DNA of 63,331 nt, filler included, from Basidiobolus ranarum (Eukaryota): the NCBI GenBank assembly GCA_040143965.1. It is 42 parts of 42 records of this genome, joined end to end, with 100 filler letters (N's around TTAATTAATTAA, not from the genome) between each part and the next. Parts side by side here need not be neighbours in the genome. Positions count along the whole stretch, not along the records: positions 36,328 to 37,736 come from JASJQH010005271.1; positions 37,837 to 39,244 come from JASJQH010005272.1; positions 39,345 to 40,752 come from JASJQH010005273.1; positions 40,853 to 42,260 come from JASJQH010005274.1; positions 42,361 to 43,767 come from JASJQH010005275.1; positions 43,868 to 45,273 come from JASJQH010005276.1; positions 45,374 to 46,779 come from JASJQH010005277.1; positions 46,880 to 48,285 come from JASJQH010005278.1; 34 more parts are not named here. One strand, 5' to 3'. Below are positions 36,466 through 48,385 of the stretch, in pieces; the stretch's first letter is position 1; the number at the start of each line of letters is the position of its first letter. The position numbers and the translations under genes are program-made. The notes beneath the pieces are model-generated. The model was given only the letters and a program-made list of their open reading frames with translations. It had not been told where the DNA came from and made no database searches.

Positions 36466-36747
36466 TGTTGAAATTATTTAGGGAGAAATATTGGTCTGGC
36501 CAGGATTTGAACCTGGGACCTCCTTCACTCTAGCAAGGTGCTCTAACCACTGAGCTACCACTCCTTGTATGCTATGCCTATATTGCTAGGGAACCTTGAC
36601 CTAGTCTGTCAATGTATGGTACTTTGGCATTTCAGCTATACAAGCAACTGAGTGGCCCTAGACTTTGTGTTCAGATGCAGTCACCATACTACATATTTTT
36701 CTCTTTGGGAATTACTGCTTGTACCACAAGTCACCATACTCTCAACA
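36466..36747. mobile_element. Solo LTR (282 bp, TGTTGA...TCAACA, TSD AATTT) containing a tRNA-like cassette
   Basis: TSD at 36461-36465 and 36748-36752; empty site visible near 17050. Confidence 0.9.
36492..36564 (-). ncRNA. tRNA-like element / Pol III promoter inside an LTR
   Basis: GGAGTGG TA GCTC AGTGGTTA GAGC A CCTTG CTAGAGT GAAGG AGGTC CCAGG TTCAAAT CCTGG CCAGACC A; perfect D and T arms, mismatched acceptor and anticodon stems. Confidence 0.85.
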
Positions 36748-36790
36748 AATTTAAGATCAACTTATCAGTTCTTGATTCTAGAGCCATTAC

Positions 36791-37241
36791 TGTCACAATA
36801 AGGAACTGGACAAGGAAGATACTTTGGCAAGAATCTTTATTGATAACTGGCATTGATCAGACTGAGGTCTGATCAAGGAAAGCAAGGAGCTTATATAGAT
36901 ATTGCAGGGTAAAAGATAATATATTGAATAGGGAATATTCTATGGCAAGTTCAAGCATTGGGGTGTTGGAGACTACCAGGACCAATACAAAGAGGGATGA
37001 TGTGGGAATGATCAGGTGACCTTTCATGGAAGGTCTTGGCAGAAATACGCTACGTGTGGGATGACACAATTGGTTAGGTTTCATGCAATGTACCAAAGAA
37101 CATGACTTCCATTTAAGGTAACCTGGATGAACTAACACAAGATTGCCAAGAATGGATGGCACAGCAGATATGATGTCATACTCTAATAATAGAAGAGTTC
37201 TATTTGCAATGGATGAGTATGCCAAGATCAAAATCATGACA
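36791..37241. mobile_element. Solo LTR family E (451 bp, TGTCA...TGACA, TSD ATTAC)
   Basis: TSD at 36786-36790 and 37242-37246; relatives at 37837-38009, 50072-50139, about 60720-60900 and 61713-61827. Confidence 0.9.
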
Positions 37242-38818
37242 ATTACTAGGCTCTGAAACTTGTGTGGCAGGATATTCAGGACTGTAACTATGATCACTTG
37301 ATCAGTGGTAGGTACTCTAATGCATTCCATTTCATCCACTACAATAGTGACTCTATTAATTAGTGATTTAATGTCTTCTCCTGGCTTCATCTTTAAGTTA
37401 AAGAATCGCTTGATTCAGCATTTTTAGATCAGCAAATTATTTATTTAATCATGCAAGCTTCTAATTGGGTGAAAATGTGAATGGATTGAGCCATATCAAG
37501 CCAATACGGCTGCTCAAGCTTTTTATTTCTCAATTCACGCTTTCTATCCTCATGAGTCTTATTGTATATTTTCTTGCAGACTTCTGAAGGCATCAAGATA
37601 TAGTATTCTCTCCAAAGCAGAGTTAAAAGTTGCTTCCACTTTTGTCTAATGCCCCCTTCCCCAGCTTCTGTCAAGTTTATCAATAACTCCCATATATCCA
37701 AGCAAGAACTCATAGTGGATACCTGGGCATCTGTAANNNNNNNNNNNNNNNNNNNNNNNNNNNNNNNNNNNNNNNNNNNNTTAATTAATTAANNNNNNNN
37801 NNNNNNNNNNNNNNNNNNNNNNNNNNNNNNNNNNNNATTGGTTAGGTTTTGTGGAATGTTCCAAAGAACATGATTTCCATATAAGGTAATCTGGAGGAAC
37901 TGACACCAGATTGCCAAGAAGGGATGGCACAGCAGATATGATGTCTTAATTTGATAATATAGAAGTTCTATTTGTAGTGGATCAGTATGCCAAGTTCAGA
38001 ATCATGACAAAAATCTTTTCTACATACATGTGCCCAAGCAATTTTATGTTGTATTGTAGGTTGATGGTCCAACATATATTCTGCACTGCTAGATTGTTAT
38101 ACTGACATTCATATTTATAGTGTAGTATTGATTGTAATCCCATAGGAGAATGGAAGGAGGGAGCAGCATGTTGCTGTAGCTCAAGTACATCATTCTCAAG
38201 GTCTTGTACCATTGTTGAGTGCCTCTAAAACTGTTGACTAATTGCTTCTGAATGCTACATTAATTGTAATATTTTGGTATTATTGCTTGTCACAGCCTGT
38301 ATACCAACTTGGTAGATTTTACTTATGAATAAATACAAATCATTATGTTGTTACACCAGAGATTCCCTTGTAATAATTCTACCCAAATTATCTTCAGTGG
38401 GATGTTCAACAGTTCACAAAGTAGCCATTTTGGAAGTTGATTTTCTTGATGGTGCTTCTGTTAACCTTGGCTCAACTATTGTTATATCATATATTTGCGG
38501 GATTACAATCTCTTCACTTGCATTATTGCTGAAAAGGAGCACACATGAAGAATCAATTAATGCTTCAGCACTACTTGAGATAGTTTCAGGCATGTGAATT
38601 CCTTCCAAAGTTGATGGTGGATTGCTAGACTGCCAATTAATTAAGTCCTCTGTTGTTGCTGGTTGTTTTCCTTTTGTGTCTGTAGGCTTTTACTTGAAAG
38701 ACAATTTTGATTTAGATTTTGAAAGCTTTTTGAATGACATTGAAATTTTCAGATCACAAATGTGGTGTAATAAAATTGCTTAGAAACAGCTTATCATAAA
38801 GCAAAATTGCCATCTATC

Positions 38819-39225
38819 CTGTAACAAAAATAAAATTGATTTGATCGGGATTGGATCCACCCTTCTGGATCGCTAAACTGTCAGAGAACCATCACAATAT
38901 TGGTGGCTTACATTCTGCCAAGGATTTTGATGATGTGATGGCAGCTTCTTGATGGTATTAATACATGTTAAAGTATTGATCCTCATATTTGGCATGTGCT
39001 GTTTAATTTCTGGAAATTTTTGAAAAAATCTAATTTTTCAATGGCAAATTACCAGGTTCACTACTATATGAATTTGAAATAATAGATGAGTGGATATTGA
39101 AGGGAGTCCAGGTAAGATATGATGGCATCTTGATGTTTTCAAGAACTTTCCCAATTGATTCAAACTTTGATCCTATTTCAAATGGCTCATTCGTATTGAA
39201 TTTTCCACTATATAGCTGAGAAATC
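38819..39225 (-). mobile_element. CMC terminus with internally deleted transposase remnant
   Basis: CTGTAACAAAAAT terminus; subterminal sequence joined to the KFNTNEPFEIG block. Confidence 0.75.
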
Positions 39226-39344
39226 ATCCCATAACTCGTCGCTANNNNNNNNNNNNNNNNNNNNNNNNNNNNNNNNNNNNNNNNNNNNTTAATTAATTAA
39301 NNNNNNNNNNNNNNNNNNNNNNNNNNNNNNNNNNNNNNNNNNNN

Positions 39345-40752
39345 AAACTGGAACTAAAATCAAGAAAATACATACTGATAAAGGTGGAGAATATATTTCA
39401 ACATTATTTAAGCACTTTTGCAAAGTTCATGGAATTAAGCAAGAAACTACTGCCCCCTATTCACCTCAACAAAATGAAGTTGCTGAAAGAGCTAACAGGA
39501 CTATAATAGAAATGGCAAGATCTATGATAAATGCACAAAATTTATCTCATAACTTTTGGGTGGAATCTGTTGCTACAGCTGTATATCTGAAGAATAGGAG
39601 TTTTACTAGAAGTCTGTCTGACTCTAAACCATATCAAGCTTAGTTTGGAGTTGAACCTGATGTAAAACATTTGAGGATCTTTGGATATATTGCTTATGTC
39701 AAAATTATGACCAAAAATTGGTCTAAATTTGATCCAAAAAGTAAGAAATGCATATTTCTGGGTTATTGTACTCAAACTAAGGCCTACAGACTCTATGATA
39801 CCAAAATTTCCAAGTTAATCAAGTCCAGGGATGTTTTGTTCAATGAAAATGAAAAATGTTCACCCAAAATGACCTCAGATGATGACAAAAATCATTTTTC
39901 TCCTGTTCCAATCATTCAAATTGATTCAAATCAAAACAAAGAAGAAAATAGCATTCCTGTGGACTCTTCAACCAAAATTTTGCTTACTGAAGTGCCCAAT
40001 ACAATGCCAGAAGTTATAGTACCTTTATCCCAAACCAGAAGATCAAATTGGATCAGAAATAGCCCTGATTACTATATCAATGAGTCCAAAAATTGGGCCT
40101 ATGCCTGCACAGCTCAAATACACAAACCCCTGACTGTAAAAGAGGCTGTGAATGGCCCTCACACAAGATTTTGGAGATGTGCTATGGCTGATGAGTACCA
40201 GGTTTTGATTGATAATTAAACTTGAATTTAACCAACTTACCAGATGATAGAAAATCAATTGGCTGCCAATGGGTGTCAAAAGTTGTATACAACTCTGATG
40301 GCAATATAGAAAGGTACAAGGCTAGACTAGTAGCCAAAGCATATTCCCAAACACCAGGAATAGGTTATACCAAAACTTTTGATCCTGTTGCAAAGTTTAA
40401 TTCAATTAGATTGATTTTATCAATTCCAGCCAAATATCAGTTTATTATACAACAAATTGAGATTAAAACTGTGTTTTTAAATAGTGAGCTTGCCAAGGAG
40501 TTCAATATGGACCAGCCAGATGCATTTGTGGATCCAGAAAACCCTAAAAAAGCTTGGAGACTCAGGAAAACACTCTATGGCTTAAAACAATCTCCAAGAG
40601 CTTAGAATAGCAAGATAGATGCTGTTTTGGAAACACTCAAACTGCAAAAGAGTAATGCTGATTATAGTATCTACTTCAGCCAGATAAGAGAAACCCAGTT
40701 TCATTAGCCTTATGTGTAGATGACCTTATTATAGCAACCAATGACTTGAAGA
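39345..40752 (+). mobile_element. Copia integrase-RT fragment
   Basis: TDKGGEY, KFDPKSKKCIFLGY, YKARLVAK and LYGLKQSPRA motifs. Confidence 0.97.
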
Positions 40753-41292
40753 NNNNNNNNNNNNNNNNNNNNNNNNNNNNNNNNNNNNNNNNNNNNTTAA
40801 TTAATTAANNNNNNNNNNNNNNNNNNNNNNNNNNNNNNNNNNNNNNNNNNNNCTGAAGCATCTGCTGCTCTTAACCGCTCCTAATCTTCTAACTTTGCTG
40901 TATAACTTCTAGAATGTAATATATAAATATCTTCGCCAATAAATCGACAAATCGAATCATGAGCACATTTGAAGTCACCCCACAATAGTAGTGGTACATA
41001 TTTGCCAAACAGTAGAGCTGTAAGGATCTTCCAAATGCCTTTAATTACAAATTCCAGATATAATATTTACAACATCCACAACAATTTATGCAAAAATTCA
41101 TGATTATCATTTGACATGGCATATAGTCTTATATAATGGATTTCTGAACGGTAGCTAGATCCATAAATACCAATTATACTTTGTTTATTTACAGCGAGAG
41201 AGGCCACTCTATAACAATAATTATTCAGGGGTTTCATCCAAAATAATTAAACTTTTCTATGTTTGGTTGGTTTCTTGCTCGCTATCATCCAA

Positions 41293-41951
41293 AGCTTACC
41301 TGCCAAGCGCTCCTTGAAGGTGACTTTGAGAAGGCCTACACTGAGACTGACAACAGTATGGTAGTTCCAACTGACACAGTCAGAAACACTTGTTATGTCA
41401 TTGCTAAGAAGTCTAACCATGTTCAAACCATTGAACGTTATGGCTAAGAACTTGGTAAACACTTTGTTGACAAATACTCTCACGTAACCCACGCCAATGT
41501 TCAGTATCAAATCAGGCCTGGAGGGTCTGCCTGTGTTGAAGACCACTGGATCATCCTTCACTAACTTCCATCTCTGCGAGAACACAACTCTCCAAGATGC
41601 TGATGACCGTATATTCTCTACCAATATCAGGGCTCACTGCAATATTGATACCTCAACATTCCATTTGATCGTATTTTTGATGGAGTTCGCAAGACAATCT
41701 TGGATGTATTTGCTCACGATGACTCTGCCTCGGTTCAAGCCAACATGTATCGTATGGCTGAGTTGATCTTGAAGCGATTCCCTGAGGTTAGGGATGTTCA
41801 CTATACCCTTCCCAACAGCCATCACGTCACTACCAACTTAGCGCCCTTTAAGCTTCCAAATTCTGGACAAGAAATGACTATCCTTTCCCCCATCACTGAT
41901 TTCTCCGGATATATTACTGCAACCAGTGGTCGTCGTAACAGTCGAATTTAA
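41293..41951 (+). pseudogene. UOX: Urate oxidase (uricase) pseudogene
   Basis: LLEGDFEKAYTETDNSMVVPTDT, VLKTTGSSF, DRIFST, SASVQANMY and YTLPNSH motifs; TAA at 41445-41447, internal deletion and frameshifts; PTS1-like SRI end. Confidence 0.9.
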
Positions 41952-42361
41952 CTCTTCCAAATTCTCGTACCATTCAGTTCTCATACCACATGGGTAACAT
42001 TTATGATTTTCAAATGTTTCAAATTCTGTGAATCAATAAATTTCTCTCCCAACTATACATATACCATGTGTTTCAGCGCATTAGTGAGTATTAACTCAAA
42101 CTAAATAGTACAGTAGGAGAGCCTTGTAAAAACTTATGTACCTTCAGTGGATAGATGGAAGGATATCCCACAAAGAATTTGGCATGTCTGATATGTTTTT
42201 GGCCATAGAAAAGGAAATACTGATGTAGCTGGTCATCAGCACTGATATGTGCTTAGGGTTNNNNNNNNNNNNNNNNNNNNNNNNNNNNNNNNNNNNNNNN
42301 NNNNTTAATTAATTAANNNNNNNNNNNNNNNNNNNNNNNNNNNNNNNNNNNNNNNNNNNNT

Positions 42362-42514
42362 AATGAAGTTTTGAACCCCTCAGCAGCCTGGAAGGGTACC
42401 AAGGAGTCATATGTGGCCACTGTCGAGAAGCTCGCTGGTCTCTTCAATGAGAACTTCCAATTATATGCCGATCAAGCTACACCTGAGATCATTGCTGCTG
42501 GACCTCAGTTGTAA
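42362..42514 (+). CDS. PCK1: PEP carboxykinase (ATP), 3' end of the upstream copy
   Basis: NEVLNPSAAWKGTKESYVATVEKLAGLFNENFQLYADQATPEIIAAGPQL*. Confidence 0.92.
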   Translation, partial: NEVLNPSAAWKGTKESYVATVEKLAGLFNENFQLYADQATPEIIAAGPQL

Positions 42515-43248
42515 GGACTCCACAAAGACTAGCTCACAATATCTGCATCAAATGGTTAGCATTACGCTACCAGTATTTACTTGCATTCATTCCATGTACA
42601 CAACCACAATCTTCTTAAAGAAACCATCTACCAAATATTAATATACAATAAATGTAGCTATTAAATATAATATCTATTATAGAGAATATTAAATTTTAAG
42701 TGTTTTGATGATTTCTATGTTTGTAAAAGTTGACAACTAAAGACGAGTACTATGTTTTTAGTAACCCTTTTACTCATGGTAAGCAAGTACATAATCTATT
42801 AGATGACTTTGCTCGAATTACTGTCAATGCCTTAGCGATCATTCAATATATCCCCGGAAAGTTGCCCAGTTACGTCACGCAGTCGATAGTAAGAAACTGG
42901 GTTAATGTGCAATACTTATGTGGGTTTTGAACACTCTGACTGTAAAACGTACGAGGTGGGGAACACTAAATATAGTGAATTAACACTCTTTGCCAATAGA
43001 GTCGATTAACTTGCATCCGAAATATAAATGTGAGACATTCCTAATTAGGACCAGTTTCGAATATATCATCAGTTGTCGGCCATATTCGGAAAGAGAATAC
43101 TTGAAACATAACCCCAAAGTTGGAATATTACTGTCAAGTCCGACATGACATACTCAGGACGATACGTGATCAAGGAGCATATATAATGCTCGGAATCTTG
43201 TTGATTTCAATCACACTACTACTTCCGTCATTCATATATCATTCAAAT

Positions 43249-43767
43249 ATGGCTTTCGCACTAAACTCCACTTCTGGTATTGATACCAACAAACCTGTGC
43301 TAAGAAATCTTCCCGTCTCTAAGCTCTATGAGCATGCTTTACAATATGAGAAAGGCACTTATCTCAGCTCCGCAGGTGCTATCATCACCTCTTCCGGTAA
43401 GAAGACCGGTAGAAGCCCCAATGACAAACGTATTGTTGAAGAGAAGTCCACCAGTGGTGATATCTGGTGGGGTCCTGTAAACATTCCATTGGAAGACCGT
43501 GTCTTCAGCATCAACCATGAGAGAGCTGTCGACTACCTCAACACTCGTGAGCGCCTCTATGTGTTCGACGGTTTTGCTGGTTGGGATCCCAAGTACCGTA
43601 TCAAGGTCAGAGTTATCTGTGCTCGTGCCTATCATGCTCTCTTCATGCGTAACATGCTCATCCGCCCTACTCCCGAGGAACTTGAGAACTTTGGTGAACC
43701 TGACTTCACCATCTACAACGCTGGTCAATTCCCAGCCAATCGCTACACCTCTTTTATGTGCAGCGCT
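43249..43767 (+). CDS. PCK1: PEP carboxykinase (ATP), 5' end of the downstream copy
   Basis: SGKKTGRSPNDKRIV, DIWWGPVN and RAYHALFMRNMLIRP motifs; TATATAA at about 43180; likely start is the ATG at 43249, not 43120. Confidence 0.97.
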
Positions 43768-45373
43768 NNNNNNNNNNNNNNNNNNNNNNNNNNNNNNNNN
43801 NNNNNNNNNNNTTAATTAATTAANNNNNNNNNNNNNNNNNNNNNNNNNNNNNNNNNNNNNNNNNNNNGCCTTGTAAGCTTTGTTTCAACTACTCAATGTA
43901 AGGAAGTTTTGGTAATTGGTGGAACTGAAATAAGGAAGAGTGAATCTATTTATTCTCATAAAAACGGCTTCAAGGTAAATGTGAACTCGAGTTCATGCCT
44001 TGAGGAGTATATAACACGCCACCTATTATACATTGGAAGTCCAAGTAACAAAGAACAAACCTACGTTGCATGTAGCTCAAAGACATTCTCAAAGGAAGAG
44101 GATCATTGGAATCTGGTCTTCTATATAGATGGAGGAGTTGCAGCCAAGTCATCGGTGGATAAAGGGATAAATTTAGGCCCGTGCTATCTGCTTCCCTCCC
44201 TCTTACTGCTTTTCTGGTCTTCTTATTGAGCTCATTTATTGCCAATGGCCTTTAGTATAGCACCATAAACAGAATACCTAGATGATCATCTGTTTACTCG
44301 TACTAACTATCTCTACAATATCATCAAATGTTAACAAATTTACGAGAAATCACAGCCTAGCAATCATGAGTTCGTTTAAAGGGTAAGTAAAGTTGCATTG
44401 TGCGCCTTATCTTACCTTAGATTCACAAATGATTAACTGAATAACATCTTTTACTACACATCTACACTGTTCATTGTGATAGTATTATATGTGTTATTTA
44501 CGTGTAAAACGTATTGACTCGCCGCTTTACTTAGAATTGATGGGGATTGGTAGTTCGTACGTTAACAATGGTTATCTTCACACACACAAATGAAAAACAT
44601 TCATTTATGCACATCATACAAATCCGCTTACCATATTCTCTTTATTGCACTACAGATAATGATAAAGGCTATCCTGCTTGTTGCTTTGAATGTTTGAGAA
44701 TCACGCTAGAAAGTTAGATAGACCAATTGCACTGAGTTCCATATATTGCAACACTCGGGAGTGGCTTCTAACCAACAGGATGAAGATGAATTTTCTCAAA
44801 TAACTGGAATTGATACTTTGTATGTAAAGCATATCAAAAACTACTCCAACGAGCTGCGTTCTATGAATTCTATGGCCACCATCTATAACAAAGAATGGGG
44901 ATGTAAGATTCTTGATAAAACCACTAATCTGACACATTTGGTTTGGCATATCTGGACAGTATTCTAATACTCTCACACTAGAACTCACTGAAAAAACCGG
45001 AACACTTGGCTACTTTCCATTGTACTTTTAAATATACTGTAGCATTTGGTCATTCAGCCCAGGTGAAGTAGTTTGATGTTTGTAACATGGAAGTACAATA
45101 AGTTTTACTAAACTCTTAATGCACCGTAATCCGTATTTATAGCCAAGCTCAATTCCTCATCTTATATTCAACTCAATCAAGATGAAATTTTCACAACTAC
45201 TTTGCGCATCAATCATCTTTCCAACCCTTTTGCTTGGCGCTCCAGTTCAACTTATTACTGTTGTCAAACGACANNNNNNNNNNNNNNNNNNNNNNNNNNN
45301 NNNNNNNNNNNNNNNNNTTAATTAATTAANNNNNNNNNNNNNNNNNNNNNNNNNNNNNNNNNNNNNNNNNNNN

Positions 45374-46535
45374 CAATCATATGACTTATAATCCTTCAGT
45401 AATTAAACTGCCTTCATGTCCAAATGGTTGTTTGGCTTTCACTGGTGATCTGAAAAACCTGAAGTCATGTACTGTTTGCACACAATTGGCAATCACTGAA
45501 TCAGGTAAATATCATTCATATTTGGCTTACATACCATTGATTCCCCATCTTAAAGTTTTGATGAAATCACCCAAATATAGATCATTGATCCAATACCAAA
45601 GTACTCACCGTAAAGCTGATGGTATTACCAATATACTTGATGGATATCACTACCAGAATCTGAAAAGTCAAGGTTTCTTTGAGAACATGTATGATCATGC
45701 ATTTGCATTGGCTCTGGATGGTTTCTCACTAAACAAATATATGGTTGGAAAGGTTTGCTGACCAATAATTTTAATCAACTTAAATCTTGCTCCTTCTGAA
45801 CAATACAAGAGTCATAATATTTTGATACTATCCATCATATCTGGACCTAAATCACCATTGCTTATAGATTGCTTCTTGGAACCTTTGATTGTGGAATTTG
45901 AATGGTTAACTGATGGGGTTCAGATGGGTGAATATTTATTAATGCTAATATCACTGTATGTATTGGTAACACTCCAGCCATCAGTAAACTTGGAGGTTTT
46001 TGCAGGCACAATGCACTATCTTTCTATAGATTTTGTCAAATCATTGGAGTTTACCCTATCAGGCATATGCATTACTACTATCCAAATAAAACACTAAACT
46101 CCATGATTTTACCATCAAGAGCCTGGTCAGATTTCAACATGATCACTGATATCAGTTCACCAAATAGTCAGTCTAACATCAAACTTGGTATTAGCCATTA
46201 GCCTAAGATTATATTGCTAAAGAGAATCAGCTGGAGCCAGAGCTTCCCATTAGGCACTATGCACTCACTATTCAACAATATTCCAATAGCTCTTACTAAG
46301 CTATATAGTGGAAAATTTAATATGAATGAGCCATTTGAGATAGGATCAAGTTTGAATCAATTGAGAAAATGCTTGAAAACATCAAGACACCATCATTTTT
46401 TACCATGACTTGCATCAATATCCATGCATATAAGCATTTATTCAAATGCAAAGACTGGAAGTATTGGATTGGTATATATTCAAGTGGAATCTTGAAAAGA
46501 TTTCCGCCTGATAAGTATTGGCAACATTGGAAGTT
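45374..46535 (+). mobile_element. CMC transposase fragment
   Basis: CPNGCLAFTG, ALALDGF and DWKYWIGIYS motifs. Confidence 0.9.
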
Positions 46536-46779
46536 CCCTAACAGAAATTTGAGGTTTGTAATTGTAGGAAAACCATCACAATTTTAATCCATTTGGGATT
46601 GACCACTTACTTACCATCATAATATTGTGAAGTTAGATTTGATTTTAATCAATTTTTACAGTTTCAGGAGTGAAATTTCAAGATCTTGCAAAATAGCTGC
46701 ACATGATTGGCTACAATCTCAAAGAACTATGGATCAACGCATGTGCAAAAAATGTAACTCAAATTTTACATAATTACCA
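46536..46779. mobile_element. CMC terminus (CCCTAACAGAAAT) nested in its own transposase
   Basis: Sharp junction after YWQHW; matches 15157-15383. Confidence 0.75.
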
Positions 46780-47184
46780 NNNNNNNNNNNNNNNNNNNNN
46801 NNNNNNNNNNNNNNNNNNNNNNNTTAATTAATTAANNNNNNNNNNNNNNNNNNNNNNNNNNNNNNNNNNNNNNNNNNNNCATGATGTTCTTCTTGAGAGT
46901 TTTAGAAGATTGGGACATCATCAAGGTAGATTATCACAAACTGGTCAAGAAATTCTCTGAAGATATCATTCATCTTGCATTGGAAGACTGCAGGAGTATT
47001 GGTAAGTACAAATGGCATGATATTGTAAACAAATTATCTATGGCAAGTTTGAAACACAGTTCTTCATTGGTCTTCAGGTTTGATTCTTACATGATTATCA
47101 ATACCGCTTAATTCAATCTTCAAAATACCTTGGTGGCAGCAAGCAGATTTAATTAAGTCAAGAGGTACCAATTATAGACTATAA

Positions 47185-47305
47185 TACTATTTAGGCCTTT
47201 ATAATCAACACAGAGATGGAGGGATCCATCCCTATTCTTATCAAAGGAGGTTGGAGAGCAAGTGAAAGACTTTGAATGTTGGATAAATCCTCTCTCCAGA
47301 TACTT
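47185..47305 (-). mobile_element. Gypsy RT fragment
   Basis: Similar to 13880-13995. Confidence 0.7.
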
Positions 47306-47384
47306 CATAGTAAACTATAAATAGGACATATTCAAATCAATCATGATCTAATTCTCAGCAAAATAATGCAGAACACACATTTAT

Positions 47385-48285
47385 TGGAGCTGTAACACAT
47401 CCAAAAAGCTTCAATAATGGTGCCCCTAACAGGAAATCAGTTATATGCAAGTATTGCAAGAATCCAGGCCATACTATCAAAGATTACAGAAAGAGGATTT
47501 TTGCCAAAAAGCTAAAATCAGAGTAAGCAAATCAAGTAAGCACTGATAGGGAGCATCTATTTGTGTCTGCCCTATCTGTAACTACCAAAGAAGACTCAGA
47601 AATGTGGTACATTGATTCAGGAGCTTCACAGCATATGTCAAACAGGAAAGATTGGTTTTCTGGCTTAAAACCAATCCAAAAAAGAAAAGTCAAATTAGGT
47701 GATGACTATGCACTAGATGTATTTGGTAAGGGCATGGTGGTGCTTTATTTAGACCAAAATTCAGATACAACATCTGCAAATTTTGATGCTGTACTCTATG
47801 TACCAAATATAGCTAAGAATCTACTCTCAGTAAGCCAAGCAACAACTCAAGGACCAAATTTTGTGTTCAGTAAGGCTGGATGCACTAGCACAGATCAGAT
47901 GATACTAAATTAGCTACTGGGATCAAAACTCAAAACTTACACAAGCCAGAAATCAACAAATTTCATTCCAAGCAAAATCTGAAGCCTTAGCTACAGTCAA
48001 GCACTACAAAGCAATGGTAGAGAAAGCACTGGCACAAAAAATACCGGTACTAGGGAGTGATAATGGTAGAGAATACTTCTCTAAATATGTTACTAGTTGT
48101 TGTTCTAAACATGGAAATAAGCAACAAACTACTGTACCTTATACTCCACAGCAAAATGGAGTTGCAGAACATGCTAATAGGACCCCAGTGGAGATGGCAA
48201 GATCAATGCTACATGATCAAAAGTTAGATTACAAATATTGGGCTGAATCTGTCTCCACTGCAGTCTTTATCAAAAGCAGATGCCC
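47385..48285 (+). mobile_element. Copia gag-protease-integrase fragment with deletion
   Basis: CKYCKNPGH, WYIDSGASQHM, SDNGREY and PQQNGVAE motifs. Confidence 0.93.
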
Positions 48286-48385
48286 NNNNNNNNNNNNNNN
48301 NNNNNNNNNNNNNNNNNNNNNNNNNNNNNTTAATTAATTAANNNNNNNNNNNNNNNNNNNNNNNNNNNNNNNNNNNNNNNNNNNN

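Larger units (their letters stand above)
36328..37405 (-). mobile_element. Copia family C gag split by two solo LTRs
   Basis: Flanks align to the uninterrupted gag at 16920-17250. Confidence 0.9.

Noticed and set aside
36492-36564. Functional amber suppressor or tRNA-Ser(AGA)
   Set aside because: CTA is not centred in a pairable loop; a Ser tRNA would need a long variable arm; the acceptor stem has two mismatches.
43120-43248. N-terminal hydrophobic extension on PEPCK
   Set aside because: It starts at TTG and spans the TATA box and 5' UTR; the ATG at 43249 is the plausible start.
43868-45273. Short ORFs in this contig
   Set aside because: No recognisable motif and multiple stops; I cannot support a gene call.
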